Of a DNA stretch of 64,000 bases, positions 1 through 12,011 are shown piece after piece. The notes beneath the pieces were generated by a model. The model saw only the letters and a program-made list of their open reading frames with translations. It was not told the origin of the DNA and made no database searches. The stretch is taken from contig JBHGNT010000015.1 in assembly GCA_043228905.1 (NCBI GenBank), positions 17,732,001 through 17,796,000 of the forward strand, read 5' to 3'. Origin of the DNA: Azolla caroliniana. Taxonomy: Eukaryota > Plantae > Polypodiophyta. Each line of letters starts with the position of its first letter. Position 1 is the stretch's first letter. Both the position numbers and the translations under genes were made by a program.

Positions 1-800
1 TCTTTTTAACCAAGAGAACTGGTGCACCCCATGGAGATTTACTATAACGTATATAACCCATTTGTAAATAGTCCTTGAGTTGCTTAGATACCTCATCTTC
101 TTCGGATCGACTTAAGCGATACGGAGGTATACTTATTGGTGCAACACCAGGTACAATATCTATACGATGGTCTATATTACGTTTAGGAGGTAACCCATCA
201 GGTAGTTCACTTGGAAAAACATCATGAAAATCATTTAAGATTTCATCAAGTTGTTGTTGTTCAAAATATGTTAATTGAATCGGGACATTATCGATATTGT
301 AAACGTGAATGTCCAGATCTAGTACACAATAAAATAACGTAGAACAAGACAACTCGGATATTGATGGACACGAGGAAACAATCGAGAGGGATTGTTTTTT
401 TACACATTGAATAAAATGCGTACAATCGTTTAGTACAACGGAAATGGAATGACGAACCCAATCAATAAATAAAGAAGAGTTTTTATTATAAAACCAGGGA
501 TAACCCAGTATTACATCGGTGGTACAAAGATTCATTACATGGAAGTCTACTTCCTCTATATAAGTATCAATAGAAATTCCTAATGAATGAATCGCCCCGT
601 TGATGTATTGTACTCTTCCATCAGCCAAGTGCACCGTGTAGGTGTGATCACTTACGGTGGGTTGGATTCCCCATATCTGAACCAAACGATCATTCACAAA
701 ATTGTGTGAGCTTCCCGAATCAAATAAAAATTGTACAGGAGATCCATTGATATACCCGTTTGCACGTAGTAAATCATTGGGACCCAATACATAGTGAGGG
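1..800 (-). CDS. Ty3/Gypsy pol, partial (aspartic protease and start of reverse transcriptase)
   Basis: Manual minus-strand translation gives QFLFDSGSSHNFVN (about 697-735) and DVFPSELPDGLPPKRNIDHRIDIVPG..PPYRLS..YIRYSKSPWGAPVLLVKK running to the window edge. The 5' boundary is approximate. Confidence 0.8.
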
Positions 801-3472
801 AAAGAACATTGACAATTACTTAAATGATGTGTATAGACCTGAAGGACATTAGGAATCTGACCTTTATGGTCTGCAGCTTTAGCTTTGTTGTTGTGCTCTT
901 TCCGTTGGAGCTTTCGACATTGATGTTTTGTATGACCCTTCTTTTTGCAGAATACGCAAAAAGGATGTTGTCGCTTACAATCGCGATCCAGGAATTCGTT
1001 GGGTGTCTTGCGTTTCCCAACAAATTGCAACTGCTTAGTCCTGGGCACTTCGTTGGGTTTGTTATGGTCCTTCTTCGAAGTGCGTTGATAGCGAAGAACT
1101 ATTTCAACGGCCTCTTCGAAGGATTTTGGATCCTTATCGTGCACTATCCAGTGATAGTCCGAATTGGGGATGCTATTGACAAAACAAGCTATCAACCAAT
1201 TGTCCCCTTCTAGACCCGATTTTTGGATTTGGGTTCTAGCATGGTGAACATAGTCTTCTAGGGAGGAAAATTTCCTGCTAGAGAGGTTCATTAAAGCTTG
1301 TGCTGCCTCGGTTCGAGAGGGAGGTTGCAGAAATTGGCCCTTAAAAACCGTGACAAAATCTGTCCAGGTATCGGGCAATTTCCCCATAGTACGGAGGCCA
1401 CGCCACCAGGCAGTGGCCTTACCCCCGAGTTCTCGGCCGACATATGCAATCTTCGTACTATCTGGCGTGGGATAGAGCTCAAAATGAGACTCCCATCGTC
1501 CCAGCCATGTGCAGATTGCTTCTTCGGTTCTTTCCTTTTTGTCTCCCGTAAATGGCTTAACGACAAATGATGGTTCACCTTGTCTCTCATCAGGTCTATT
1601 AGTCTCACGTTGTAGACTAATGACACGTGCCTCAAGAGCACTCTGAGATTGCCGAAGTTCGGTCATCTGTTGAGTGGTGAAACTAAGGTATTGGGTTATT
1701 TGTGCCAAATACATCTCAGTGGACATTTGTGCAGGAGGATTCCCTTGAGTTCCTTCCGCTTGAGCGGATGACATCGGGTCGTTAATTTGATCCATTAAAA
1801 ATTATTTCTGGAAAAGAAATAGGATAAGGTCAGAGATATAGTCATAACATCATGTCGTGATGTAAACATATCATGGGCGAGCATTAATCGATATCATTAT
1901 CTCACGTCAATACCCCTCTAGACGTATGAGATGAGGTTCAAGATCAGGTTACTATGGTAACACAAAGGTGTTTTAAAAACCATGGGGGTGACAAATAAAT
2001 GTCTTTCCCTGATCTCTATATCGATTTTTTCATAGTGGCTCCCCGAGGCTCAACCATGTATGTTCGCGTCATGAATAGTTTATACACGAAAAAAAATGTT
2101 AACAATAAACTATGTTTCGGTGCCCACATAAGTGGTTTCGGCTCTTTAAGTCCTATTACGAGGACCCCGAGGTGCACTTAGAACTTAAGTCTAAACATGT
2201 GTTATAGTCATATGTATCAAGGATGTTGTATGGTCTTGGTCATATTTGAACTCGAGACCTCGAGAACAAATACATTAAACACTTGAGCCAACCAAGTAAG
2301 TTGCTCTTGTCGAATGCTTAATGTTTGATGCGTATAAGAGATATGCGAGGCAATTGATCATATATGTTTTTTTAAAAGAACATATATGTCAAGGGACCTT
2401 ATTTCGCCCTCATTTACCAAAACTATGTTGGTACGTTACCTATCCTCAAGTCTCGTAATTACGATGGCATACGCCAAAGTGCAACCTAATGGTCAAGCCA
2501 AATGAGCCCTTGTTTCATAGTAGGCTCACGTGGGCCATCACATGGTCACGTCATTACGAATGCCTCTCGTAAGAACGAGCTCATGGTGGCATCGTATCCA
2601 TGTAACGAGGGAGGGATGTTGGATACGTGCGTCATTGGAGCGACCTCACTTGAAGTGGGTCAAGCCCTACGTACTCAACATCATTATGGCTATTGGCGTT
2701 TCTTTACGTAACGAAATCGAGGTCATCAACGGGGTTATCAACAATAAAAAATTGTTGAAAAAGGGATGGTGACAACGCCATTCTCACAAAAATGTGAGGA
2801 CGGCCACCAACATCCTTTTCCTGACAAGGACAACTTTCGATATAATCACGTAATAACGAATATACACATATGTTTACTTATCACATATATACGATCAAAT
2901 ACGTATATATGTGACCACATATGCCTATATTAAACATATCGTTATATTAAATAGCCACAAATGATGTGATCGAGATACGTAATCGAGGTATATACCTCTA
3001 CGCACACGAAACATCCACAAATAAGAGATCATCGTAATACGCAATGGAGGTATTGAACTCTTACGCATACGAGACCAAACGCATATCGTTTACAACAAAT
3101 CAAGGTATTAAACTCATACGCAAACGTAACATATGTTCGTGAACGTAATACATAATTGAGGTATTAACCTCGTACGCATACGACACTCATCACATATTAT
3201 TAATATGTCAAACGAGGTATTGACCTCGTGCACATATGTAAATGTTTTAGATAATCAATTAAAGACCACTACAACATCATTGACTTAATGAAAAAAATTA
3301 CATATAAACTAAACACATGATTAGATGGGAGAAGAGAGAATAGAAAGAAAAATTATGGAAAGAGTTACCAAAGTTCTTTGTTGATCGTTGTCTGGATCAA
3401 GGCCAACCACACAACGATCGATCAGCAATAATCAAAAGACAAATGAAAAACAAAGAAACATTAGTACAAAAA

Positions 3473-3482
3473 TCTGATACCA
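3473..3482 (-). promoter_or_regulatory. Primer-binding site complementary to initiator tRNA-Met
   Basis: Plus TCTGATACCA = minus TGGTATCAGA, directly next to the LTR. Confidence 0.8.
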
Positions 3483-3484
3483 AA

Positions 3485-3940
3485 TATTATAGATCTAGGT
3501 ACTAATGTAAGCTTAAGATAAGGATAAAGAAATGAAACATAGAAAGGAGAAAGAGAAAGAAGGGTGCCGATCCACTCGACCACCCCCGAGCGAAGGGATC
3601 GAGACGGACTCGAGCCTCGATTCGGCGTCCCATACCACCGCCGTGGCGTCGAGTCGTACCTGGTGCTGGCGCGCTCGCTACAAGAGTTGACCCACCACAA
3701 GAGCAGAGTCTCGATGTAGTCAAAAGATGATCAAATGAGGGTAGCTAGGCCTCTTATTTATAGCGATACCCAAGGCCCCCAGGCAAGTTCACACTTGACC
3801 TAATGGGTTGTCTCAATCCCGAGGATTAAAAGTAATCCTCCCCTTCTTTACACTCTCGTTTAACCCTCACACTTATCCACGTGTATAGATTACTACGGTA
3901 AATTCTTACCACGGGATATTATATGGTCATGCTCGTAACA
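3485..3940 (-). repeat. 5' LTR of the iMet-primed Ty3 element
   Basis: Minus strand starts TGTTACGAGC at 3940, contains CTATAAATA (about 3754-3762) and ends at the PBS. The terminal CA appears mutated to TA. Confidence 0.7.
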
Positions 3941-4002
3941 ACCCCGCTCGGAGGACAAGGACTATACCTACCTATAAGCTAAGGTCGGACATAGAGCAGA
4001 CA

Positions 4003-4698
4003 ATGGACCTAAAGAAGATTCTCGAAGAACGAGTTCTTGATAGCCACGTAACTTTGTCCTTGAGGGAATTGCTTGGCATTACGAAGAAGGAGTTCCATGA
4101 CACGATCGTGGACCTTGTAAAGAGAAAGAGACAACAATCGGACGAGGAAGAAGAGAAGCTGCAAAAAGCAAAAACGAATGCCATAACGATGGCAAGAGAC
4201 GAAATCGATGAAGATATGGTGGACAGCCACTACACTCGACCTCATTGGGCACGAGCGACAACGGAGACGCCGGTGAAGATCGGGGAAAAGAAAGAGACCG
4301 TGGTAGCCTTGATCGACCACGGCTTGGAGATCAACCTCATGTCAACCGACTTCTACAAAAAAGGAAGATGGCCAATTAATACAAACCACGGATGGAAGAT
4401 TCGCGCGGCAACAAAGTCTACGGAGGACTTGTACGGAGCTTGTCCCAATATCAAAGTCACAATCGGGGATGTGGAGTTGAAACAACACTTCTTCGTACAA
4501 GAATCAGCGTCGCATCCTGTCATCCTAGGGCAACCTTATATCACATCATCTCAGATGGAGACCAAAGTGTTCGATAATGGAGCAGCCTTCGCACGAATAA
4601 AGAGTCTTGACAACCAAAGATCGGTCCAATTCCTAACGGTGCGAGCCAATCATGAAAGGAATCGAGATAGTCTCGGAGGCGAATCCTCGGATTTTTAG
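4003..4698 (+). CDS. Gag-protease C-terminal part of element A
   Basis: HYTRPHWARATTETPV..ALIDHGLEINLM aspartic-protease-like motif; colinear with the C-terminus of ORF 58481-60607. Confidence 0.8.
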   Translation: MDLKKILEERVLDSHVTLSLRELLGITKKEFHDTIVDLVKRKRQQSDEEEEKLQKAKTNAITMARDEIDEDMVDSHYTRPHWARATTETPVKIGEKKETVVALIDHGLEINLMSTDFYKKGRWPINTNHGWKIRAATKSTEDLYGACPNIKVTIGDVELKQHFFVQESASHPVILGQPYITSSQMETKVFDNGAAFARIKSLDNQRSVQFLTVRANHERNRDSLGGESSDF

Positions 4699-6230
4699 AG
4701 CGGACAATTGAAGCATGGGGCACAAATAGTCCAACCAATCACAAGACATCAACACGAAATATAAAACGGTGGATAAGAAGATCAAGCCAGTTGCGGTTCC
4801 GCTACCGGAAGATAGCTGGCAAAAGATGAAGGAATTCGCTAACGATCCAAGCTTAAGAGATCCGAAGAAGATAGGTCATGTCTTCACCAAAGAGACGAAG
4901 GGGAAGCTACGAGTTGGAAAGGAGGATTTCCTTCTCCCTGAAGAGGAGCGAATGTTTCGCGATATGCTTGAGAGACATGGGAAGGCTTTCGCATTCTTCC
5001 CACGAGAAATAGGATGCGCCGACCCAAAGGTTATAGAGCCGATGGTGATCTTCACGGTGCCTCATGTGCCTTGGAATTTGAAACCGATACCGGTTCCGAC
5101 AACACACCTTCCGAAGCTGATCGAGCTCTTAAAGGAGAAGGTGAGTATGGGAATTCTAGAACCGTTGAATGCTCCTTATTCCAATAGGTGGTTCACGGTG
5201 CCGAAGAAGAATGGATCATTGCGATTCATCCAAGATCTTCAACCCGTCAACAAGGTGACAATTCGAAATGCCGGAATCGGTCCGAGCGTGGACGAATTTG
5301 CCGAAGCATTTGCGGGCCGGTCCATCTACTCCATTGGCGATCTCTACTCCGGATATGACCAATTCCAATTGGCGATCGACAGTCGGGACATTACAACCAT
5401 GAGGACTCCGATCGGGCTTGTGCGGATGTGTACCTTACCCCAAGGCGCAACGAACTCGGTGGCTCATATGGTGAATGCCATGAATAAAGTCTTGAAGGAT
5501 TGCATTCCGGACATCACGATGCCATTCTTCGATGATATTCCGATAAAAGGATGTTCGGATGAGGAGAAAGATGAATCGAAAGATAAGGAAGGTTGTAGAA
5601 AGTTCGTTGCGGATCATATGAAAGATTGCGAGAAGGTGCTTCAAAGGCTCGAAGATGCGAATTTGACATTTTCGGGAGAAAAATCCGCATTCGGGCAACC
5701 GGAGATCTTGGTGGTAGGTCACTTGTGTGGAGCATACGGCCGGAAGCCCTCGCCATCCAAAGTGAACGCAATCCAAGACATGAAAGAAGAATGCGAAAAC
5801 CAAACGGAGGTTCGAAGGTTCCTTGGAGCGTGCGCGTTTTATCATATATGGATTCCTCACTACGCTCATGTCGCCGAACCGTTATATGGACTACTAAAGA
5901 AAAGAATAAAGTTCGAATGGCGAGACGAGCACACAAAGGCGATGCGAAGATTAAAGAAACTGCTTCTTGAAGCTCCGGCACTAAGGAAGGCCAACTATGC
6001 CGAAGGGAAACCAATTTACGTGACCGTAGATACGAGCCCAACCGGAATCGGGTGGGTCATCAATCAAGAAGGTGAAGATAATGCGCGATATGCCGTCCGG
6101 TTCAGAGCAAAGGTTCTCAACGAACGGCAACAAAGATATGCCCAAGTCAAGCGGGAACTTTGGGGTATTGTGTCGGCAGTGAAGACGGACAAAGATTACC
6201 TGATCGGGTCAGAAGTGATAATAGAGAATG

Positions 6231-6717
6231 TGTCATGATATGGCAAGACTCGAACCCATGACCTTATACTACATGGGTCGAGCTCTTACCATTAGACTAT
6301 GAATTGTATCTCGAACCCATGACTTTATGCTACATGGGTCGAGCTCTTACCATTAGATTAGGAATTGTATTTTGTAGGATATTATTTTCATTTATACTTT
6401 ATCATAGAAAATTGATGTATATTCCAGATCTCTCTGGAACATTCTAGAAGCTTCAAGATTATTCCTAAAAACACTATAAAAGGAGGCACAAGGCATTGTT
6501 TTGAACCAAATTGGTTCAACACCAGTCTTAAGCCTCTTAGTCGATTTGTACTTATCTTTCATATAATGTAAGAGCTGTTGTCATCATCCTATTTCCCTCT
6601 CTCTCCTCTTCTCACTTCCTCTCTCTCGGGAATCTTACGCAGTCCCGTCCTCTTAGTACTAATAGTACTACTCTTCTTAGTACTAATTCCATCTCTGTTT
6701 TAGTACTATTCCTGACA
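6231..6717 (+). repeat. 5' LTR of the Tcn1-like element
   Basis: Direct repeat of 11525-12011; TATAAAA at 6475. Confidence 0.95.
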
Positions 6718-6786
6718 GTTTGAACCAATTTCTTCCTCTAGCCTACTTGTCACTCTCCCTCATCCTCCTACCCTTTCCCCTATACT

Positions 6787-7944
6787 ATGGCTACTGTTAG
6801 CGCCCAAGAATACCAATCCGTTTTCTCCGAGCTACAGTGCCTAAAAGAAAAGTTTGTTGCCTTGGAACAAGAAAACCAACGGCTGATAGGGGATCTGCAA
6901 CAAATCGCTCTAGAAAAACAACAAACGCAACAACAACATGGGGAGTTAGCGTTACGGGTACAACAACTCGAAGCAGCGTTGCAACAACAAGGATCCAGTC
7001 CCCAAGGATTTCATAAAGAGCCCAAGATTGGACTTCCTGTGAAATTTGATGGAACGCGTTCGCAATTTTGGGGATTCCTTAATCAGGTACGCTTAGTCAT
7101 CCAGATGCATCCTTCCCGATATCCCACTGATGCATCTCGAGTCGGCCTAATAGGCACGCTACTTAGCGGCTCAGCCTTGGCATGGTTCGCTCCGCTTCTA
7201 GAAAAACAATCGCCCTTGCTTAATAACTTTGAAGATTTTATTGGTGAGTTTAAAGCCTGCTTTGGAGACACCGACAGCATCAGGACGGCGATCAACAAGA
7301 TCCGGCGATTGCGTCAAGGCGATCGTCCAGCCTCTGCCTACGCGGCGGATTTCCGCCTACTTGCTTCAGATATACCCTGGGATGATCAAGCACTAATGGA
7401 GCAGTTTCGCTATGGCTTGCGAAACGATGTCAAAGATCTACTTCTAACTTTCCCCGAAGAACCAAAGTCTCTTACGGAGGCAATCAGTCGAGCAGTTTGA
7501 TGTGACAACCGCCTTTTTGAACGGCGTTCAGAACGTCAATTACAGATACCACGCTCTAGGCCAGAGCCCACTTACGCCGCAGTCGCGGCTAAACCGTTTG
7601 CACGAGACATACCTCAAGCAAATACTTCGACACCGATGGAGATCGATACCATGCGTCGACGCGGCCCGTTATCGGAAGAAGAAAAGCAACGACGACGTGC
7701 CAATTGATTATGCCTTTATTGCGGTGGACCAGGACATATCGCCATCAATTGTCCCCATAGGCCAAGAAGACAGGTAAATCAAATCGTCGCCTGTACTAAA
7801 CCTGAGTCAATTCTTCCCTTCGGAGTGTCTGATAGTAGTAATAGTACTAATAGAGTGTCAGATAGTATTCATAGTACTAATAGCCCAAGTATCTCAAATA
7901 AATTTGAAATCCTTAGTCAATTAGATGAAGAGTTAAACGATTGA
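6787..7944 (+). pseudogene. gag of the Tcn1-like element with two in-frame TGA stops
   Basis: Coiled coil, retrotransposon gag (PVKFDG..LSGSALAW..QFRYGL) and zinc knuckle CLYCGGPGHIAINC. TGA at 7498-7500 and 7705-7707 (likely CGA>TGA); natural stop at 7942-7944. Confidence 0.85.
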
Positions 7945-10900
7945 GTCCAGCCAAAATAGGAGCCATTTGGTTGGACAGCAACCCTAGATCTGTACAGCCC
8001 ATTAGTGGTTCCATTCCTTCCAAGCAAGTTAGCAATGTGTTCCTAGCCCAAGTCATTGTTAGTACTAAAAGTACTCCCCCAGTACCCGTCCTAGCACTTT
8101 TAGATTCCGGAGCTAATTCCTGTTTCATGGATCGAAATTTTGCCCAAGCTTCTCAGATATCCTTAAGAAAACTTCCTTGTCCCGCATCTGTAGTGGTCAT
8201 TGATGGTCGTCCCATTGCTTCCGGGAATATTGTAGAAGAATCAGAACTCATTCAAGTTGTCCTAGGTAGTTTTGTGTGTATAATATCATTTAATATAATT
8301 AGTAGTCCAGAGCATCCCATTGTCCTAGGATTACCTTGGCTTGAATTACATAATCCAGCCATAGATTGGAGAACAAGAGAAGTCCGATATCGACCACCCC
8401 AAGAATCAACTCGCCGAGTTTCGACCATTTCACTCCATCAACTACGCGAAGAAGGACCCAAGGAGGCAATGTTCCTATTTTCCATATCAGTACATCCTTC
8501 CAGCACTATTAAGAAGGACTCCTCAGTACAACTTCCGGCAAAATATCATCCTTATGCCGATGTATTTGACAAGGTAAAAGCCGGTACCCTTCCTCATCAC
8601 CGTCCCTATGACTGTCCCATCGATTTACAACCAGGAACCGAGCCACCATGGGGACCAATTTACAACCTGTCACCCACCGAGTTAGAAGTCCTTCGAGCCT
8701 ACATAGAGGAGAACTTGGCAAGCGGGTTCATCCGTCATTCGAAATCTCCGGCCGGTGCACCCATCTTCTTTGTCAAGAAGAAAGATGGCTCACTTCGTCT
8801 TGTCGTTGATTACCGCGGATTAAATAAAGTCACCATCCGGAATAGGTATGCACTTCCTCTTATATCAAGTCTTTTAGAGCGAGTTAATGGTGCCAAGTTT
8901 TTTACTAAAATCGACCTACGCGGAGCGTATAATCTCGTGCGGATCCGACCGGGAGATGAGTGGAAGACCGCTTTTCGCACGCGGTATGGGCATTTCGAGT
9001 ATACTGTTATGCCGTTTGGCCTAACCAATGCACCCGCAGTCTTCCAACACATGGCAAATGATATATTCAGAGACCTCTTGGATATCTGTTTGATCATTTA
9101 TCTGGATGATCTGTTGATTTATTCGAAGACCCAGGAAGAGCACGATTCTCATGTACTATTAGTACTAAAGCGACTCCGCGAGAATGGTCTTTATGCCAAG
9201 CTAGAAAAATGTAGCTTTGACTGCAAGCAAGTGGAATTTCTAGGCTACGTCATCTCCTCAAAGGGCATCGCCATGGATCCAGCTAAGATCCAAACTGTAC
9301 TAGAGTGGCAAATTCCACGGTCGGTACGAGATGTACAATGTTTTCTAGGTTTTGCTAACTTCTACCGTAAGTTTATACAGGATTACTCGAAGATTATTTT
9401 ACCTCTCACACAACTTACGAAGAAGGGCCAAGCATTTCTTTGGTCCATTGAAGCAGATATGGCTTTTCGGCATCTTAAGAAAGCCTTTACATCAGCACCG
9501 ATTCTAGCTCATGTGGATACAAGCAAACCATTCATCATGGAGGCCGACGCATCAGATTTCGCCCTCGGTAGCATCCTTTCTCAACAAGGTGATAAAGAAG
9601 AGTTGCATCCGGTGGCTTTCCATTCGCGCAAATTCGATGTCGCAGAAATCAACTACGAAATACATGACAAGGAGTTATTAGCCATCGTGGATTCATTTGT
9701 ACAATGGCGGCATTTCTTAGAGGGCTCTCCACATCAGGTCATTGTCTTCAGCGATCATAAAAATCTTGCTTATTTTCAGAACGCTCGCGTACTAAATCGA
9801 CGGCAAGCTCGGTGGGCGCAATTCCTCACGCGTTTCGACTTCAAAATCACATATCGACCGGGGAAGCAGCAAGGAAAAGCAGATGCACTATCACGACGTT
9901 CATATCTTGCACCTCGTCCTGGTGACGCAACATTTGATAATCAAAAGCAAGTAATCTTGGGACCAACACGATTGCACACGACGCGGATTTTTCACACCCC
10001 GATGGATTCACGGATTACCGATGACATACGTGCAACCTTGAAGACGGATAGTTTTGCTCAAGACATCCTGGCGCACATTGATACTTCTCGGGCATCCTGT
10101 TCTCAGTCTCAACAACCAGGTATTGACTACCGACAATTCGAATATCATGATGGTTTGTTATTCTTTAAAAAGCGCGTATATGTCCCCGATTGCTCCTGTC
10201 TCCTTCAAATTGTCCAACATTGTCACGACACCCATACGGCGGGACATTTCGGTAGTACTAAGACGTTGGAGCTAGTGCAGCAATCTTTTTGGTGGCCCCA
10301 CATGCGCCGTTTTGTCGACGACTACGTTCGGACCTGTGATGCTTGCTGTCAAGCAAAGATGCCACGACACCATCCATATGGCTTGTTGGAACCTTTACCA
10401 ATTCCAAGTAAGCCATGGCAGTCTATTTGTCTTGATTTTATCACAGATCTGCCGGTCTCGAAAGGGTTCGATGCTATCCTAACCGTCATCGATCGATATA
10501 CGAAGATGGCACATTTTGTGCCATGTACTAAAGCCATCACTAGCGAGGGAACCGCCGCTCTTGTTATGCGTGAGGTTTTTCGGCATCATGGCCTCCCAGA
10601 CAGTATTATCAGTGACCGAGGCCCGCAATTTGTCTCCAAATTTTGGCAGCATCTCTTCAAGATGCTCAAGGTCTCTTGCAACCTCTCCTCCGGCTACCAT
10701 CCTCAGACCGACGGACAGGCGGAACGAACAAACCAAACGCTGGAGCAATATCTCCGGTGTTTCCTGAGTTATCAACAGGACGATTGGGCCGAGATTCTCC
10801 ACTTTGCGGAGTTTGCGTATAATAATGCTATTCACTCCTCGACTCGGGTCTCCCCATTTTTCGCTTATACCGGTTTCCATCCTCGCTGGTCGGTGATCGA

Positions 10901-11513
10901 CACTCCGGAGCTACCTACCAACCCTCGTGCCGAGGATCATTTGGAGAGGCTACGCAAGATCCAGATGGATCTCTCTACTCACCTTCGTCATGCTCAACAC
11001 ACACAGAAGACTTATGCGGATCGTCATCGGATTCCCTCCTCTTTTGCCATCGGAGATCGATTATGGCTCTTACGTCGTCACATCAAGACTACTCGACCGT
11101 GCGACAAGTTGGATTATCGACGACTCGGTCCTTTCCGTATTACGGGGAAGATTAATGATGTCACCTTCCGCCTTGATCTCCCTCCGCAGCTTCAGATACA
11201 TCCGGTTTTCCATTGTTCTCTTCTTGAACCTTATAAAGCAAACACCATTCCCGATCGTGTGACACCACCGCCGCCCCCACTGGAGTTGGACGCCGGCCCG
11301 GAGTATGAAGTTGCTGCCATCCTCGATTCCAAAGTTGTTCGCAACAAACTCTATTACTTGGTCGATTGGCTCGGTTATAGTCCGAGCGAACGTACTTGGG
11401 AACCCGTCGAGAATGTTGCCAATGCACAAGATCTTCTTGCCGATTTCCACCGAAAGTATCCGGACAAACCTGGTCCGCAATTAGCGCTGACTCGTTCCAC
11501 TCGTCGTCTTTAA
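7941..11513 (+). CDS. pol polyprotein (PR-RT-RNase H-integrase-chromodomain) of the Tcn1-like element
   Basis: LLDSGA, YLDD, EADASD, GHFG..CDAC, DFIT/SDRG/GQAER, GPF and chromodomain YEVAAIL..YYLVDWLGY..TWEP. Uninterrupted 1190-aa frame. Confidence 0.95.
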   Translation: MSPAKIGAIWLDSNPRSVQPISGSIPSKQVSNVFLAQVIVSTKSTPPVPVLALLDSGANSCFMDRNFAQASQISLRKLPCPASVVVIDGRPIASGNIVEESELIQVVLGSFVCIISFNIISSPEHPIVLGLPWLELHNPAIDWRTREVRYRPPQESTRRVSTISLHQLREEGPKEAMFLFSISVHPSSTIKKDSSVQLPAKYHPYADVFDKVKAGTLPHHRPYDCPIDLQPGTEPPWGPIYNLSPTELEVLRAYIEENLASGFIRHSKSPAGAPIFFVKKKDGSLRLVVDYRGLNKVTIRNRYALPLISSLLERVNGAKFFTKIDLRGAYNLVRIRPGDEWKTAFRTRYGHFEYTVMPFGLTNAPAVFQHMANDIFRDLLDICLIIYLDDLLIYSKTQEEHDSHVLLVLKRLRENGLYAKLEKCSFDCKQVEFLGYVISSKGIAMDPAKIQTVLEWQIPRSVRDVQCFLGFANFYRKFIQDYSKIILPLTQLTKKGQAFLWSIEADMAFRHLKKAFTSAPILAHVDTSKPFIMEADASDFALGSILSQQGDKEELHPVAFHSRKFDVAEINYEIHDKELLAIVDSFVQWRHFLEGSPHQVIVFSDHKNLAYFQNARVLNRRQARWAQFLTRFDFKITYRPGKQQGKADALSRRSYLAPRPGDATFDNQKQVILGPTRLHTTRIFHTPMDSRITDDIRATLKTDSFAQDILAHIDTSRASCSQSQQPGIDYRQFEYHDGLLFFKKRVYVPDCSCLLQIVQHCHDTHTAGHFGSTKTLELVQQSFWWPHMRRFVDDYVRTCDACCQAKMPRHHPYGLLEPLPIPSKPWQSICLDFITDLPVSKGFDAILTVIDRYTKMAHFVPCTKAITSEGTAALVMREVFRHHGLPDSIISDRGPQFVSKFWQHLFKMLKVSCNLSSGYHPQTDGQAERTNQTLEQYLRCFLSYQQDDWAEILHFAEFAYNNAIHSSTRVSPFFAYTGFHPRWSVIDTPELPTNPRAEDHLERLRKIQMDLSTHLRHAQHTQKTYADRHRIPSSFAIGDRLWLLRRHIKTTRPCDKLDYRRLGPFRITGKINDVTFRLDLPPQLQIHPVFHCSLLEPYKANTIPDRVTPPPPPLELDAGPEYEVAAILDSKVVRNKLYYLVDWLGYSPSERTWEPVENVANAQDLLADFHRKYPDKPGPQLALTRSTRRL

Positions 11514-11524
11514 GGGGGAGATAG

Positions 11525-12011
11525 TGTCATGATATGGCAAGACTCGAACCCATGACCTTATACTACATGGGTCGAGCTCTTACCATTAGACTATGAATTG
11601 TATCTCGAACCCATGACTTTATGCTACATGGGTCGAGCTCTTACCATTAGATTAGGAATTGTATTTTGTAGGATATTATTTTCATTTATACTTTATCATA
11701 GAAAATTGATGTATATTCCAGATCTCTCTGGAACATTCTAGAAGCTTCAAGATTATTCCTAAAAACACTATAAAAGGAGGCACAAGGCATTGTTTTGAAC
11801 CAAATTGGTTCAACACCAGTCTTAAGCCTCTTAGTCGATTTGTACTTATCTTTCATATAATATAAGAGCTGTTGTCATCATCCTATTTCCCTCTCTCTCC
11901 TCTTCTCACTTCCTCTCTCTCGGGAATCTTACGCAGTCCCGTCCTCTTAGTACTAATAGTACTACTCTTCTTAGTACTAATTCCATCTCTGTTTTAGTAC
12001 TATTCCTGACA
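11525..12011 (+). repeat. 3' LTR of the Tcn1-like element
   Basis: Direct repeat of 6231-6717, preceded by the PPT. Confidence 0.95.

Larger units (their letters stand above)
1..3940 (-). mobile_element. Ty3/Gypsy LTR retrotransposon (tRNA-iMet primed), 5' part; runs off the left edge and is inserted into gag of Ty3 element A
   Basis: Minus strand shows a 5' LTR (about 3485-3940), the PBS TGGTATCAGA, a long leader and a pol N-terminus. Sequence right of 3940 resumes in the gag of element A (TIPTYKLRSDIEQTMDLKK). Confidence 0.8.
6231..12011 (+). mobile_element. Full-length Tcn1-like chromovirus (Ty3/Gypsy) with 5-bp TSD GAATG
   Basis: Two 487-bp LTRs TGTCA...TGACA (I saw one mismatch by eye), TSD GAATG at 6226-6230 and 12012-12016, PPT AAGGGGGAGATAG, gag and pol with a chromodomain. 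Confidence 0.95.
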
